A stretch of 64,000 bases of DNA, from NCBI GenBank assembly GCA_963697675.1, contig CAVOOW010000008.1:2268-66267 (forward strand), in the 5' to 3' direction. Each line of letters starts with the position of its first letter. Position 1 is the first letter of the stretch. Below the pieces are notes generated by a model. That model was not told the origin of the DNA. It was given only the letters and a program-made list of their open reading frames with translations, and did not search any database. Shown here in pieces: positions 1 through 10,129 of the stretch. Origin of the DNA: an uncultured Actinomycetota bacterium. Lineage in GTDB: Bacteria > Actinomycetota > Actinomycetes > JACCUZ01. The position numbers were made by a program, and so were the translations under genes.

Positions 1-29
1 TCGTCATGATGAATTCAAACGGTTCGTCA

Positions 30-422
30 TCATTCATCGGCGTGGGAAACCCTGCGGGTTGCACTGTAACCACAGCGTTGGAACGCACGCCATTTCCGGC
101 GATTTTGATATACGAGTTGGGCTGTCGCGCCATTCACAATCTCGCGCGGCACTCCGGGAGTGTCGCCAATTCGTCCTTTCATTGCGGCCAGTCCCGCGGG
201 CGTCAAAGCCGGCGGCACGGTTCCCGGCGTCTGATCCAGCCGAATCATTTCCCAGATCCCACTGAAATCATGCGCATCGAAGTTCTGACTGCCCGCGTCG
301 GCCTCGAGTGCCTGGCGCGCTCTTTCCTTCTCGCCTTGCTGCGCGCGAACAACACCCGCCAATGAAAGACTGATGCCGTACACCAGTGTCAGCACCAAAA
401 GCGTTCCCAAACGATTACGCAT
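30..422 (-). CDS. hypothetical exported protein
   Basis: ATG at 422 follows a GAGGAG Shine-Dalgarno. The product starts MRNRLGTLLVLTLVYGISLSLAGVVRAQQ, which looks like a signal peptide. No family recognised. The C-terminal third looks low quality and may be frameshifted. Confidence 0.4.
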   Translation of the reverse strand: MRNRLGTLLVLTLVYGISLSLAGVVRAQQGEKERARQALEADAGSQNFDAHDFSGIWEMIRLDQTPGTVPPALTPAGLAAMKGRIGDTPGVPREIVNGATAQLVYQNRRKWRAFQRCGYSATRRVSHADE

Positions 423-451
423 TATTGCTCTCCTCATGATTATTGAAATGA

Positions 452-1635
452 TTATTGAACCGGCTCGATGCGCATGACCCGACCCCATAGGATCATTGGT
501 TGTGAAATAAAGAAAGCCATCGGGTCCTTGCCGGACATCGCGAACTTGTTGGCCAAGCATTTTGAATAAAGGTTCACGGAACGTGGCTCCGTCCTTTCCA
601 ACAACGACGCGATAAATCTCTTCCGTTTGCAGGCAGCCAATAAAGATGTTGTTCTTCCACTTCGGGAATTTATTGCCGCTATAAATTATCAGGCCTGAAA
701 AATGGAACACCGGCCACTGTTTCATAAACGGTTCGGTTAACTTCAGCCCTGCCGGCGGTGGGCCGATAGGATTGCCTTCTCCGGTTGGACCGAACGGCCA
801 GCCGAAGTTGCTGCCTGCCTTTACAAGGTTGAGTTCATCGCCGTGCTCGACTTCCAGAAGTCGTCAGGGTTCCGGGAATTGGGACGATGGAGTGCGGATC
901 ACGGAAACCCGTTGCGAAGATTTCGGACGATATCCGGGAATCGGTCCCTTCGTCGGAAGAGTGCCATCTTCACTCATGCGCACGACTTGCCGGCATGGCT
1001 GTCGCCCCCGTGCGACGCCTTCAGGCATATTGTGATCGGAAATAGCCATGTACAACATGCCATCGTGGCCAAAGTTTATCCGGGCGGACAGGTGTCCTTC
1101 GGCTTTCCCCCCATGCTTCCGCAACGAAAATATCTTTCACGTTGGTCAGCTGATTTCCCTTCAACTCGCCTCGGGCGACCGCTTGTGTTGTGCCTTTTTC
1201 TCCTGGCTTGTCGTAGGTGAAATAGACGAGATGGTTTTGCGCGAACTTTGGATGAAGGATGATGTCCATCAAGCCGCCGCGACCCGCGGCGTAATGCACC
1301 TCGGGAACACCGCTGATCGGCTGAGGGTCGAGCTTGCCGTCACGAATGAGGCGCATGCGGCCTTCGAGTTCGTTAACGAGGATGCTTCCGTCTGGCAGGA
1401 ATAAGAAAGAATACGGGTACTTCAGTCCTTCGGTAACCGTCACCACGCGAATTTTGTACTCGGCGGTGTCGAACATTTTCGGCGTGGAATCCATCGGTGG
1501 CCGTCGTCGCGTTTCGCGTCTGACACATATCCCCTGGCAGCTGACCAGCTCGCGCTGGGCAGCGATGGTACCAACGGTAAAAATGATAGCGAATATCACA
1601 ATTGATATCGCGACAAATCCGGATTTGCGCTTCAT
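452..1635 (-). pseudogene. PQQ-dependent glucose/sorbosone dehydrogenase, interrupted by at least four frame changes
   Basis: Minus-strand ORF pieces 1021..1635, 864..1124, 30..725 and 452..640 join into one beta-propeller dehydrogenase. Matching segments include FLFLPDGSILVNELEGRMRLIRDG, INFGHDGMLY, EIFATGFRDP (third frame), VEHGDELNLVKAGSNFGWPFG and GPDGFLYFTTND...GRVMRIEP. Frame switches lie near 1125, 905, 860 and 480. Confidence 0.7.
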
Positions 1636-1707
1636 AAACTACCCTCCTTATGAAGATAGGAATTGGTGGACGAATATATCACGCGTAGGGGTTTGCACAT
1701 AAAGTGC

Positions 1708-1784
1708 GGGAATTGAGGGACGGAGGCCGATCTCGGAAACATCAATAGGTGTTTTCCGAGATCGGCCTCCGTCCCTCAATTCCC
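1708..1784 (-). terminator. 32-bp perfect-stem hairpin directly 3' of the DUF5916-like gene
   Basis: gggaattgagggacggaggccgatctcggaaa (1708-1739) is the exact reverse complement of 1753-1784, with a 13-nt loop. The right arm abuts the stop codon at 1786-1788. There is no U-tract, so its role as an intrinsic terminator is uncertain. Confidence 0.5.
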
Positions 1785-1785
1785 A

Positions 1786-4422
1786 CTATTTAACAGGTAG
1801 CCAGAACGACATTTTCACCGCGAAAAAATTGCTGCCCGGGGCGCTGAGTGACCTGAACATGTCGGTCAAACCGACGCGGTCTCCAAGGCCTCCGATGCTC
1901 TTCGGTTCTGCTGCCACACCAGGTAAAGAATGCTGCCGGGACGCCACTCCCACCGGAGCACCACATTGCTGCGGAAGGAGCGGATGTTGAAGTCCGAGTT
2001 TTTCAACGTAAAGCTCGCGCTTGCCGTCCGTCACGACCCTGCTGCCATGCGGGCTGGCGAGCGATCGATCGATGCCGTCTGTCCCGTCAGGCGCATCAGG
2101 CGCGTGCGTGGCTGCCATGAGCTCGCCGAAACGGTAGTAACGTCCGCTTGCCGCGAACGGCTCGGCGTAGATATCGATATTGAGATCCGGCCTCAGCGTG
2201 TAACCCAGACGAAACTGGCTCGACCAGGTAGTGCGATCGATAAGGAAAATATGTAGCGCTGACCATACGTTCGGACCGGCCCGCCGCTCACGGTCGTCAC
2301 ATATTGCTGCGAGTTGATTTCGTGAATGGATGTCGGCGTTACGGAGAATTGCCATCGCGGTTGCGGCGTAAATGAAATGCCGCCGTGAATATTACGGATC
2401 CGGCCGCCGGCTGCGTCTGTCGTGAGGGTGTAACTGGCGTTCCATCCATTTCTTGCAGCCGCTCGATTCCGGAGGGTCACCGTATTGGTCCACGCCTTCG
2501 GCGCCCGCATGAGAGGGCCGCCGCGCGTGAGGTACTGGACTAGTTTGGCGAAGTTCGGTCCGGTCGCAATCGTTGCCGTCCAGAAATTCAGGAACGTGAG
2601 AGTGATGTTGGAGCGCACCGTGCCGTCCTGGCGGTTCCCGCCAAAGTTCCATTCATTGCTCTGGGTGATGCCGACCGAGTAGTTTCGGAAAATTCTGCCG
2701 GGCCGGGTTTCGCGGTACCGGATGTTTACGTCGGGCTGATAGCTGTCCGAAGTGGTAATGCGGCCCATGTCGTTCGAGTTGAACGCGGGCGACTGCACGA
2801 TCAACCTGCCAAACCAAAGCCAGTGGCGGCCTCCGGTGCGTTCGAAAGTTGAACCATAAACATAGCCAGCAAGCGACGTTCGCGTCGGATCGAACGAACC
2901 ATAGTTCCTGTCGGGCCGCTGCATGTAATGTACAGCCGATCGTTGAATCCGTTCTAGGTTTGCTGCGTCACCGTTGATGTAATCGATGCCGGCATACGAT
3001 CGAAGCTCATACTCTCCGCCTTTGAAACGCAAAACAGAATCGGTCGATGCCGTGAATCCATTACGGTTCAACAGCGCAGCCAACGGATCACCCGGTTTGA
3101 GATCGCGATGAACCGCAGTAAACATTCCGCTGATAGTTGACGCGGACGGCCCGAACTCCTGCTGAACGCGTACCAGCCCCCAGTTCGCCCGCGGAGCAAC
3201 GCGTACTTTGCCGATTGATGCGGAGCCTCGCTGCGCTGTGTGCGCGAATTCTTCTCCCGTCATGGCTCCAAGAATGCCGATCGACGTTCCGGATACCAAT
3301 CGGCCCGTCAACTTTGCCGCGGTCAATATAGTGGCTGTTTGCGGATAGTCGACGTAGTCCGCCGAAACAGGTGCGGTTGGGGGCGCGCCGATCCGGCGCG
3401 AATTGAAAAAGTTATTGGCCAGGCTCGTGTTGAGCAAACGGGAGTCTTCGAGAAAGAACGGCCGTTTTTCGGGGAAGAACGTTTCGAGTGCCGAGAGGTT
3501 CACCTCCGCGGGGTCGGCTTCGACCTGGCCGAAATCCGGATTCACGGTTGCTTCCAATGTGAGGTCGGGTCCAAGCCCCATCTTCAGTCGGCCCCGTGTG
3601 ATTTTTCAAATTGCGGCCGTCATCAAATGGATTGGTGAGATCGCGATTGCCATTCACCAATGCTGAACCCGCGGTGAAAGGCATGACTTCGATGCGTTTC
3701 GAGGGCCGGATGCCTTCGATTCCTCGGAGATCGCCGAACCGCGATGACCATGCCTTCACCGTGCGCGGAACCGGTTCCCAATAGTCCATTTCGTTGATGT
3801 TGGGTGTGAAGCGCTGGACGTTCAATCCCCAGACCTGTTCCGGTTGCTCGTTGAATCGAAGTTGTGAGAAGGGAATCCACAGTTCGGCCGTCCATCCGTC
3901 GTCCTGAATACTCGTTCTGGCCTGCCACACGGGGTCGAAACCTTCGTCGAAAACGGTTTCGTCGTCACCGGGATAATAACGGTCGATGCGGACACCGGTG
4001 GCCGTCACGCCGAAGGCGTAAGCCGTCCGGCGATCATGAAACGTGTCCAGAGAAACCAGCACGTATTCGGCTTGATCCTTGACGAGGTCTCTGCGCCCAA
4101 GCGGAGCCTGAATGGCCGTTTGCTTTCGGTTGTACATTCGCGCGCCGACATAGATTGCGCCGTCGTCGTATGCGAACCGGACTTCCATGTCCTCTGTGGG
4201 AGGCGCGTTTTCCTGGGGCTCTTTCTGAATGAAGTCTGAAATGGGAACGGCAAGTTCCCAGACGTGATCGTCGAGGAGTCCATCCACATGAATGGGCCCC
4301 TCCACACGAACAGCGTTGCCGCGTTTGCGTTCTGCAGTAGCAGGATTGGCGATGTCCTGCGCAATGAGCGCAGGAGCCACCAACAGGAGCAGTACACCGC
4401 CCCAAAGGCTGATGCGAAGCAC
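1786..4422 (-). pseudogene. DUF5916 / carbohydrate-binding family 9-like outer-membrane-type protein, at least four frame changes
   Basis: Pieces 3412..4422 (signal peptide, ...FAYDDGAIYVGARM..., ...DGWTAELWIPFSQLRF), 2193..3581 (GLGPDLTLEATVNPDFGQVEADP...) and 1786..2355 belong together. A further frame reads FNIRSFRSNVVLRWEWRPGSILYLVWQQNRR. Switches lie near 3590, 2260, 1990 and 1870. Confidence 0.7.
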
Positions 4423-4432
4423 GCGCTACTTC

Positions 4433-5356
4433 TTAACGATCTTTTTTGACCCCACCGCCGACAGCGGCGGTGTCTGCGGCATAGAGGGTGCCGGTGCCCG
4501 TGTCGAGAGTGATCTGGTGCGGACGGCCCTTCAGACCGGCGATCGTATCCAGGACCTTTCCTTCCTTCACAACCTTGATCTGCTCCCCGTCGGTGTCTCC
4601 GATGTAGATCGTGTCGCTAGCGTCAATCGTCAGGCCGGATCCCATCGTGATTCCGAGGCTGGCGTGCGGCCACTCTTCGATGAATTTCCCGTTTACGTCA
4701 AAAACCTGGACGCGCGCGCCGTTGGAATGATGATCCATGATGATCAGGCGGCCTTTCGAATCCATCTGCACACCGTGCACTTCGTCGAACTTGCCGGGCT
4801 CATCGCCTTTTACACCGCCGATGATCTTGATGAATTTCCCATCCTTTGTGTATTGCACGACGCGATGGTTCACATAACCATCGGCTATATAGACATCCCC
4901 GTTCGGTGCAACGAAAACGTCGCTCGCACGGTTAAAGGCGTATTCCGAGGTATCGTCGCCCTTAACGCCCTTTGTGCCGATCGACATGACCTGCTTTCCG
5001 TCTTTCGTGAATTTGTAGACCACCTGGCCATTTCTGTCGCCGATCCATACAAATCCAAAACGATCTACGTCGATGTTGTGTGTGTCGACAAAGAGACCTG
5101 TTCCCCATGAGTCCACGAGTTTGCCTTCACGGTTGTAGACGAGTACCGGCGGCTCGGCCCTTCGCAAAACGAAAATCAAACCCTTGCCGTCGGCGGCAAC
5201 CGACGCGGTATCTCTGTCTTTCCCGGTTGGAGTCGGGAAGGGACCACCGAAATTGGTCACATCGTATTTGGGGTTTGTTGTCTGAGCAAAGGCGCCTGGA
5301 ACGAGCGCGATCATGAGAGCTGTTATCAAAACTGCAACACACACGAATCTTTTCAT
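4433..5356 (-). CDS. secreted NHL-repeat beta-propeller protein
   Basis: Intact 307-aa ORF with signal peptide MKRFVCVAVLITALMIALVPGAFAQ. It has repeated NHL-like blades (DVFVAPNGDVYIADGYVNHRVVQY, GRLIIMDHHSNGARVQVFD, DTIYIGDTDGEQIKV). Confidence 0.8.
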   Translation of the reverse strand: MKRFVCVAVLITALMIALVPGAFAQTTNPKYDVTNFGGPFPTPTGKDRDTASVAADGKGLIFVLRRAEPPVLVYNREGKLVDSWGTGLFVDTHNIDVDRFGFVWIGDRNGQVVYKFTKDGKQVMSIGTKGVKGDDTSEYAFNRASDVFVAPNGDVYIADGYVNHRVVQYTKDGKFIKIIGGVKGDEPGKFDEVHGVQMDSKGRLIIMDHHSNGARVQVFDVNGKFIEEWPHASLGITMGSGLTIDASDTIYIGDTDGEQIKVVKEGKVLDTIAGLKGRPHQITLDTGTGTLYAADTAAVGGGVKKDR

Positions 5357-5515
5357 AAGTCCTCCGCCGGGTTTGACCCGAGATTCTGACTCGACAAGGA
5401 TGAATCGTCAACTGTGGAAGCGTAGTCTCGGGGTCGGCCCGGAGAAAAGGTGCGCGCGGAGCGTGCACGGACAATTGCGGATGTTGCCCGACGACGACAA
5501 TGAACGCAGCGGCAG

Positions 5516-5696
5516 GTAGTCCCCTCCTGGGACAGGAGGGGTGGCTGCGCATCAAGAAAAAGCTGCGAAGCCACCTTTGAAAGCGCAGACGGGGTGGTCA
5601 TTCTGGACTGACCACCCCGTCCGTGCCTTTCAAAGGATGCCTTCGGCAATATTTTTTGATGGCACGGCCACCCCTCCTGTCCCAGGAGGGGACTAC
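5516..5696. repeat. about 180-bp imperfect palindromic intergenic element
   Basis: Two arms of about 85 nt (5516-5600 and 5611-5696) are reverse complements with scattered mismatches. Each arm contains the local hairpin cccctcctg-gga-caggagggg. The centre forms the hairpin ggggtggtca-ttctggac-tgaccacccc. Confidence 0.75.
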
Positions 5697-5814
5697 TATT
5701 CCGCATTGCTCGGCCGTGCGTGCACATTGCGCCCCTTACTCCCATCATTGACTGGCTCAGCTCGGCGCCATTTCATCCCAACTCATCGCGGCCATATTCT
5801 GGGATACTGGCAGG

Positions 5815-6450
5815 ATGATTTCGTTCTCGCGTATCAATAAGCAATACGGCCGGCAGGTTCTGTTCGTCGATGCATCGTTTCAGCTCAATCCTGGTGAAAA
5901 GGTCGGTCTCGTCGGGCCGAACGGCGCCGGCAAAACCACACTGTTCCGGATGATCGTCGGGGAAGAAGCACCCGATGAAGGCGAAGTGTCCGTACCCAGG
6001 AAACTCACGATTGGCTATTTCCGGCAGGATGTCGAAGAAATGTCAGGCCGTTCCGTACTGGATGAAGCGATTGCCGGCAGTGGACGTTTGGGCGACCTGC
6101 ATCACGAATTGGAATCCCTGCAACACGCCATGGCTGACCCCTCACGACTCGATGAAATGGAGACGATTCTTGCTCGCTTTGGCGAAGTGCAGGAGGAGTA
6201 CGAACATGCCGGCGGCTACGCACTCGAGAGCACCGCACGAGAGGTACTTCATGGCCTCGGGTTCGAAGAGGACCGCATCGATGGAGATGTTGGAACGCTA
6301 TCGGGCGGCTGGAAAATGCGCGTAGCGATGGCACGCGTACTTCTCGGCCGGCCGGATGTCCTTCTGATGGACGAACCGACAAACCATCTGGACATCGAAT
6401 CCATCGTTTGGCTGGAAGGATTCTTGAAGTCTCTCCCCGGCGCCTTACTG
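5815..6450 (+). pseudogene. ABC-F family ATPase, 5' fragment only (first ABC domain)
   Basis: Walker A GPNGAGKTT, signature LSGGWKMRV and Walker B VLLMDEPTNHLD are present. Family-like sequence ends at ...WLEGFLKSLPGALL (codon 6448-6450). Beyond that the ORF reads Ala/Arg/Gly-rich junk in high-GC DNA. Confidence 0.8.
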
Positions 6451-7954
6451 GCTGGCCCCGCGCGAGCGGGCCGCGTGGCCCTCCTCGCGGGCCGCCTAGG
6501 CAAGCCAGGACCACCGCAGCGAGGCAGGGTCGACCGCAGTGCGCCGGACAGGGTTCCCGCCAACCCTGCCCTTGAGAATCGTGATCTCGGGCAGTAGCAC
6601 CCGCAGGGCCTCCCGTTGGCGTTCGACAGACCAGCCGTGCCAGACCACCGCAGGGTCGCGCGCGTCGATCAGGTCGGCCAGTACCGGTGTCCGGTCGGCG
6701 TGCGCCATCTGCGCCTCGACATCGGCCAGTCGCGCGAGCATCCGGTCACTAGCGGTCCGCCGTTGGCTACTCGTGATCTCCCCATCGGCCCACTCCACCG
6801 CCAAGGTGTCCAGTCGGGACCGCAGCGCCAGCGCATCAGTACGCAGCGCGTCGAGGTCGGGCCGGTCGTTGTCCACCAGCAGCTCGCGCGCGTCGTCGCG
6901 GGACACACGGTCGATGACCAACTCCTCGACGAACCGGTCGATGATCGTCGCCAGCCGGGTCAGGTGCTTGCCCTTGCGGCACTTGTAGACCCGCGTGCTG
7001 TCCTCCCGATAGGTGGCCACCATCGTCGTACCGTCGTCGCAGACACCGCATCGGGCGATGCCGGTGAGCAGCCACTTACGCTCCCCGAGGAATGGTTGGT
7101 CCGTCGCGCCGGGTCGGCGAAAAGCGCGCAGGCCGAGCGCCAGGTCGACTCGTCCACGATTCCGCGCCAGGTCGCCTTGGCGTGCACCTCGCCCTTGTAG
7201 ATGCGATAGCCCGCGTTGCGCGGGTTGGTCAGCAGGTTCCGGACGGAACTGTGGGTCCACGGGTTCTTCTGCGCGGTGATGTAGCCCGCCGCGTTGAGAT
7301 CGCGGGCGATGGCCGATGCCGACCGACCCGACAGCAGCGACCGGTAGGCAGCCCGCAGCGCGGTCGCCTCCGACTTGCGGATGGTCACCTTGTCCGCCTC
7401 ATAGCCAAAGGGTCGCGGCCCACCCTGGGAGGGTCGGCCGGCGTCGGCGCGTTGGATGCCCGCCTTGGTCTGTCGCTTGCCCTTGCGCTTGATCTCCAAG
7501 TTGGCGAACACCGCGAGCACTCCGGCCACCGCCTGCCCGGAGTCAGTGGTCAGGTCGAGGTCGCCGTCCACCGTGGTCACCGCAACGCCGTGCTTCTCGG
7601 CGAGGTCACGCAGGACGAGGAAGTCCTCGACCGTGCGAGTCAGCCGGTCCAGATCGGACGCCACCACCACGTCGAACATTCCCGCCTTGGCATCGGCCAG
7701 CATCCGATTGAACTCCGGGCGCGGTCGCTTGCCCGAAGCCGACACGGAGTTGTCGGTGTAGGGGTCGGCGACCTCCTGCCAACTCCGCTGTCGGATCAAG
7801 GTCCGGCACGCATTGAGTTGGCGCTGAACCGCCAGCCCGTCGCCATTGGCGTCGAGGGATTGGCGTCGGTAGATCACCGCGCGGCGCGGCGTAGTCGGGT
7901 CGGGTGGGCGCTTGCTGCGAGTAGGTGCCATAGGGGCAGACTAGACCGCTGTCC
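6451..7954 (-). mobile_element. integrase-proximal end of a serine-integrase element inserted in a DUF222 gene
   Basis: On the right it is bounded by loss of DUF222 homology at about 7955. On the left it is bounded by the composition break at 6450. The only content is the large serine recombinase gene. Confidence 0.55.
6496..7931 (-). pseudogene. large serine recombinase (phage-integrase type), one frame change near 7090-7150
   Basis: ORF 6960..7931 gives the resolvase-type N-terminal domain (AVIYRRQSLD...DVVVASDLDRLTR) and the recombinase domain. ORF 6496..7260 continues in another frame with the zinc ribbon (LLTGIARCGVCDDG...YKCRKG) and a coiled-coil C-terminus. Confidence 0.8.
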
Positions 7955-9022
7955 GCCAGGAAACGCACAGCCTCGGTCGCGTGCAACCAGGGCGCGGCGC
8001 ATCGGTCGCGGCACCGCCCGGGACAACCGCCCGATGTCGAGGACCTCGCTGTTGGTGCCCAGCACCGCGGCGACGATGAACGCGTCACAGGCCAACCGGC
8101 GGGCCGTCTCCGCGCTGATCGGGGCACCGTTCTCGAGCTCACCGGCCACCACCCCGTCGGCTAGCAGGTCGGCCATCAAGGTCTCCAGGGGCACGGTGAC
8201 CACCACGGTGACCGGTTCCCCGCCGTCCTCGGGCATCTCGGGTGCGCCCATCGCGAGCCGGATCAGCTCAAGCAGACCCTCGGCGCGGCGCTGGCCAGGG
8301 TTGCGCGGGTCCGGTGTCCCGTCGGCGCCCGGGCGCGGTGCTGAGACCGCATCCAGCGCGGCATCGATCAACGCACCGGCCTCTGGGGTGAACGAGCCTT
8401 TCGGGATGCGGGACCCGTCGTGGCTCTGTCCCAGGCTGAAGCTCTGCTTGCGTTGCTGTTCGGCTTCGTCGGACTCCATCTCCCCGCCGTTGTCCGGGTC
8501 GAGGACGTGCAACAGGTGCCGCCCCAGCCGGGCCAGCGCTTGGGGGTCGAACAGGCGGGCCTGCTCCACGAGCCAGGTCTCCCCGTTGGTGCGCACGTCG
8601 GCAGGCACCGCTAACGGGAGCCGGTTCACCGCTTCGCGGATCACCTGCGCGTGCTCCACCGAGATCTCGCCGGCACCCAGCGCCTTGGCGGTGGCCGCGA
8701 ACGGGCCGTCCAGTGCGGCGGCAAGCTTGACTTCACGTTTGGCTGCGCGCGGGTCGAGCCGGCAGGTGCCGCGCAACCACCCCGCGGACGACACCGCGCC
8801 GGTCTCCACTGCTGCACCGCTGGCGTCCAGCTCGCGGGTCACAGCCAATGTCGCGGACGCCAGCCGAGCGCTGACCCGTTCCATGTCCACCCGTAACCCG
8901 CGCAGCGGGGCCGGGCTCAATGACCACAGGTTCGCCTCGCCGAGGTGGTCCAGGGCAGTGTCGAGCTCACCCAGCGCGACCAGCGCCGGGTGCTCAGCGA
9001 CGATGCCCCAATCCCCTGCCAT
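7955..9022 (-). pseudogene. DUF222 (REP13E12-type) HNH endonuclease, 3'-truncated by insertion
   Basis: The product of ORF 7874..9022 is family-like through ...RRALVARDRGCAFPG. The expected HNH Cys/His block is replaced by unrelated residues overlapping the integrase 5' region. Confidence 0.75.
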
Positions 9023-9124
9023 GACTTCAATGTAGAGGCCACATCCGACAGAACCCCACCATCACACCGAGGCCGAGAAGTCCGCTGTGGATAACAGTTT
9101 TTTGAGCAAACGCCATCCACAGCT

Positions 9125-10078
9125 TCAGCGCAGCTCATCCACAAGCCGAGCGATGTCCGCCGAACCGACCCGGCAACATCCACCGACATATGTCGCCCCG
9201 GCCGTCGCCCACTCGCGTGCCAGAGCACCGTCGACGACAGCGCCCGAGCCCGTCCACGACCGAGCCGCCGCGTCCCACCCTTCACCACTGTTCGGATAGG
9301 CGACCGCCGGCTTGCCACTCGCCGCAACGGCACGCCTTACCAACTCCGTCACGTACTCCGGCGCCGTGCAGTTGACACCGGCGGCCACAACGCGTTCCGC
9401 CGATGCGGCCAAAGAGAAGACCGCAGACACGTCATCACCGCGACGAGTCAAACCCGCATCCCTGCACGACAGCGACAGCCACGCGCGGGTAGTCGACGGC
9501 ATCTCGTCCAGCACCTCAAGCAGTGCAGCCGCCTCCTGCAGCGAGGGCACCGTCTCGATCGCCAGCAGGTCCGCGCCGGCGTCGGCGAGCACCGCCATCC
9601 GCGGTCGGTGGAAGTCGCGCAGGAAGGCGTCAGTGACGTCATAGTCGCCGTGATATTCCGACCCGTCGGCTAGCACTGCCCCGTAGGGGCCAACGGAGGC
9701 GGCCACCAGACGACGTACGCCGTCCTCGGCTTCTGCAAGGTTCGCGGCGATGCGCGCCAGTCGCACGCTGTCGCGCAGGAACTCCTCGGCCTCCCCGCGC
9801 GAGAGCCCGTGGCCGACGAAGCCGTCGACACTGGCCTGATAGCTGGCGGTCGTGGCGACGTCGGCCCCCGCCCGGAAGAACGCGAGGTGTGTCGCGACGA
9901 TCTCGTCGGGGTCGTCGCGCAGCAGCCGGGCCGACCACAGGTCGTCGGACAGGTCGTGACCGCGGCGCTCCAGCTCCGTGGCGAAGCCGCCGTCGAGGAT
10001 CGTGGTGCCACCGTCGGGGGCGGTGACGAGCGGGGCGCCCACCGTCTCCACCGAAATGCCGTCCCGCCTCGTCGTCAC
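9125..10078 (-). CDS. mmuM: homocysteine S-methyltransferase
   Basis: GTG at 10078. The product reads ...ILDGGFATELERRG...ASYQAS...GVNCT...GGCCRVGSADI. The upstream 326 codons of ORF 9125..11056 are antisense to paaN and are not part of the gene. Confidence 0.85.
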   Translation of the reverse strand: MTTRRDGISVETVGAPLVTAPDGGTTILDGGFATELERRGHDLSDDLWSARLLRDDPDEIVATHLAFFRAGADVATTASYQASVDGFVGHGLSRGEAEEFLRDSVRLARIAANLAEAEDGVRRLVAASVGPYGAVLADGSEYHGDYDVTDAFLRDFHRPRMAVLADAGADLLAIETVPSLQEAAALLEVLDEMPSTTRAWLSLSCRDAGLTRRGDDVSAVFSLAASAERVVAAGVNCTAPEYVTELVRRAVAASGKPAVAYPNSGEGWDAAARSWTGSGAVVDGALAREWATAGATYVGGCCRVGSADIARLVDELR

Positions 10079-10129
10079 CTGTCCAGCCTGGCAGAACGGT
10101 GCAACCACTGGCCGCGTTAGTGTCGCCGC

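Noticed and set aside
9086-9094. A perfect E. coli-type DnaA box (TTATCCACA on the minus strand), with an inverted partial copy at 9115-9122, just downstream of mmuM.
   Set aside because: It is a single box with no cluster of boxes, no AT-rich unwinding element and no dnaA/dnaN context. High-GC actinobacteria use a TTGTCCACA-type box. It is most likely chance, or just the arms of an 8-bp hairpin.
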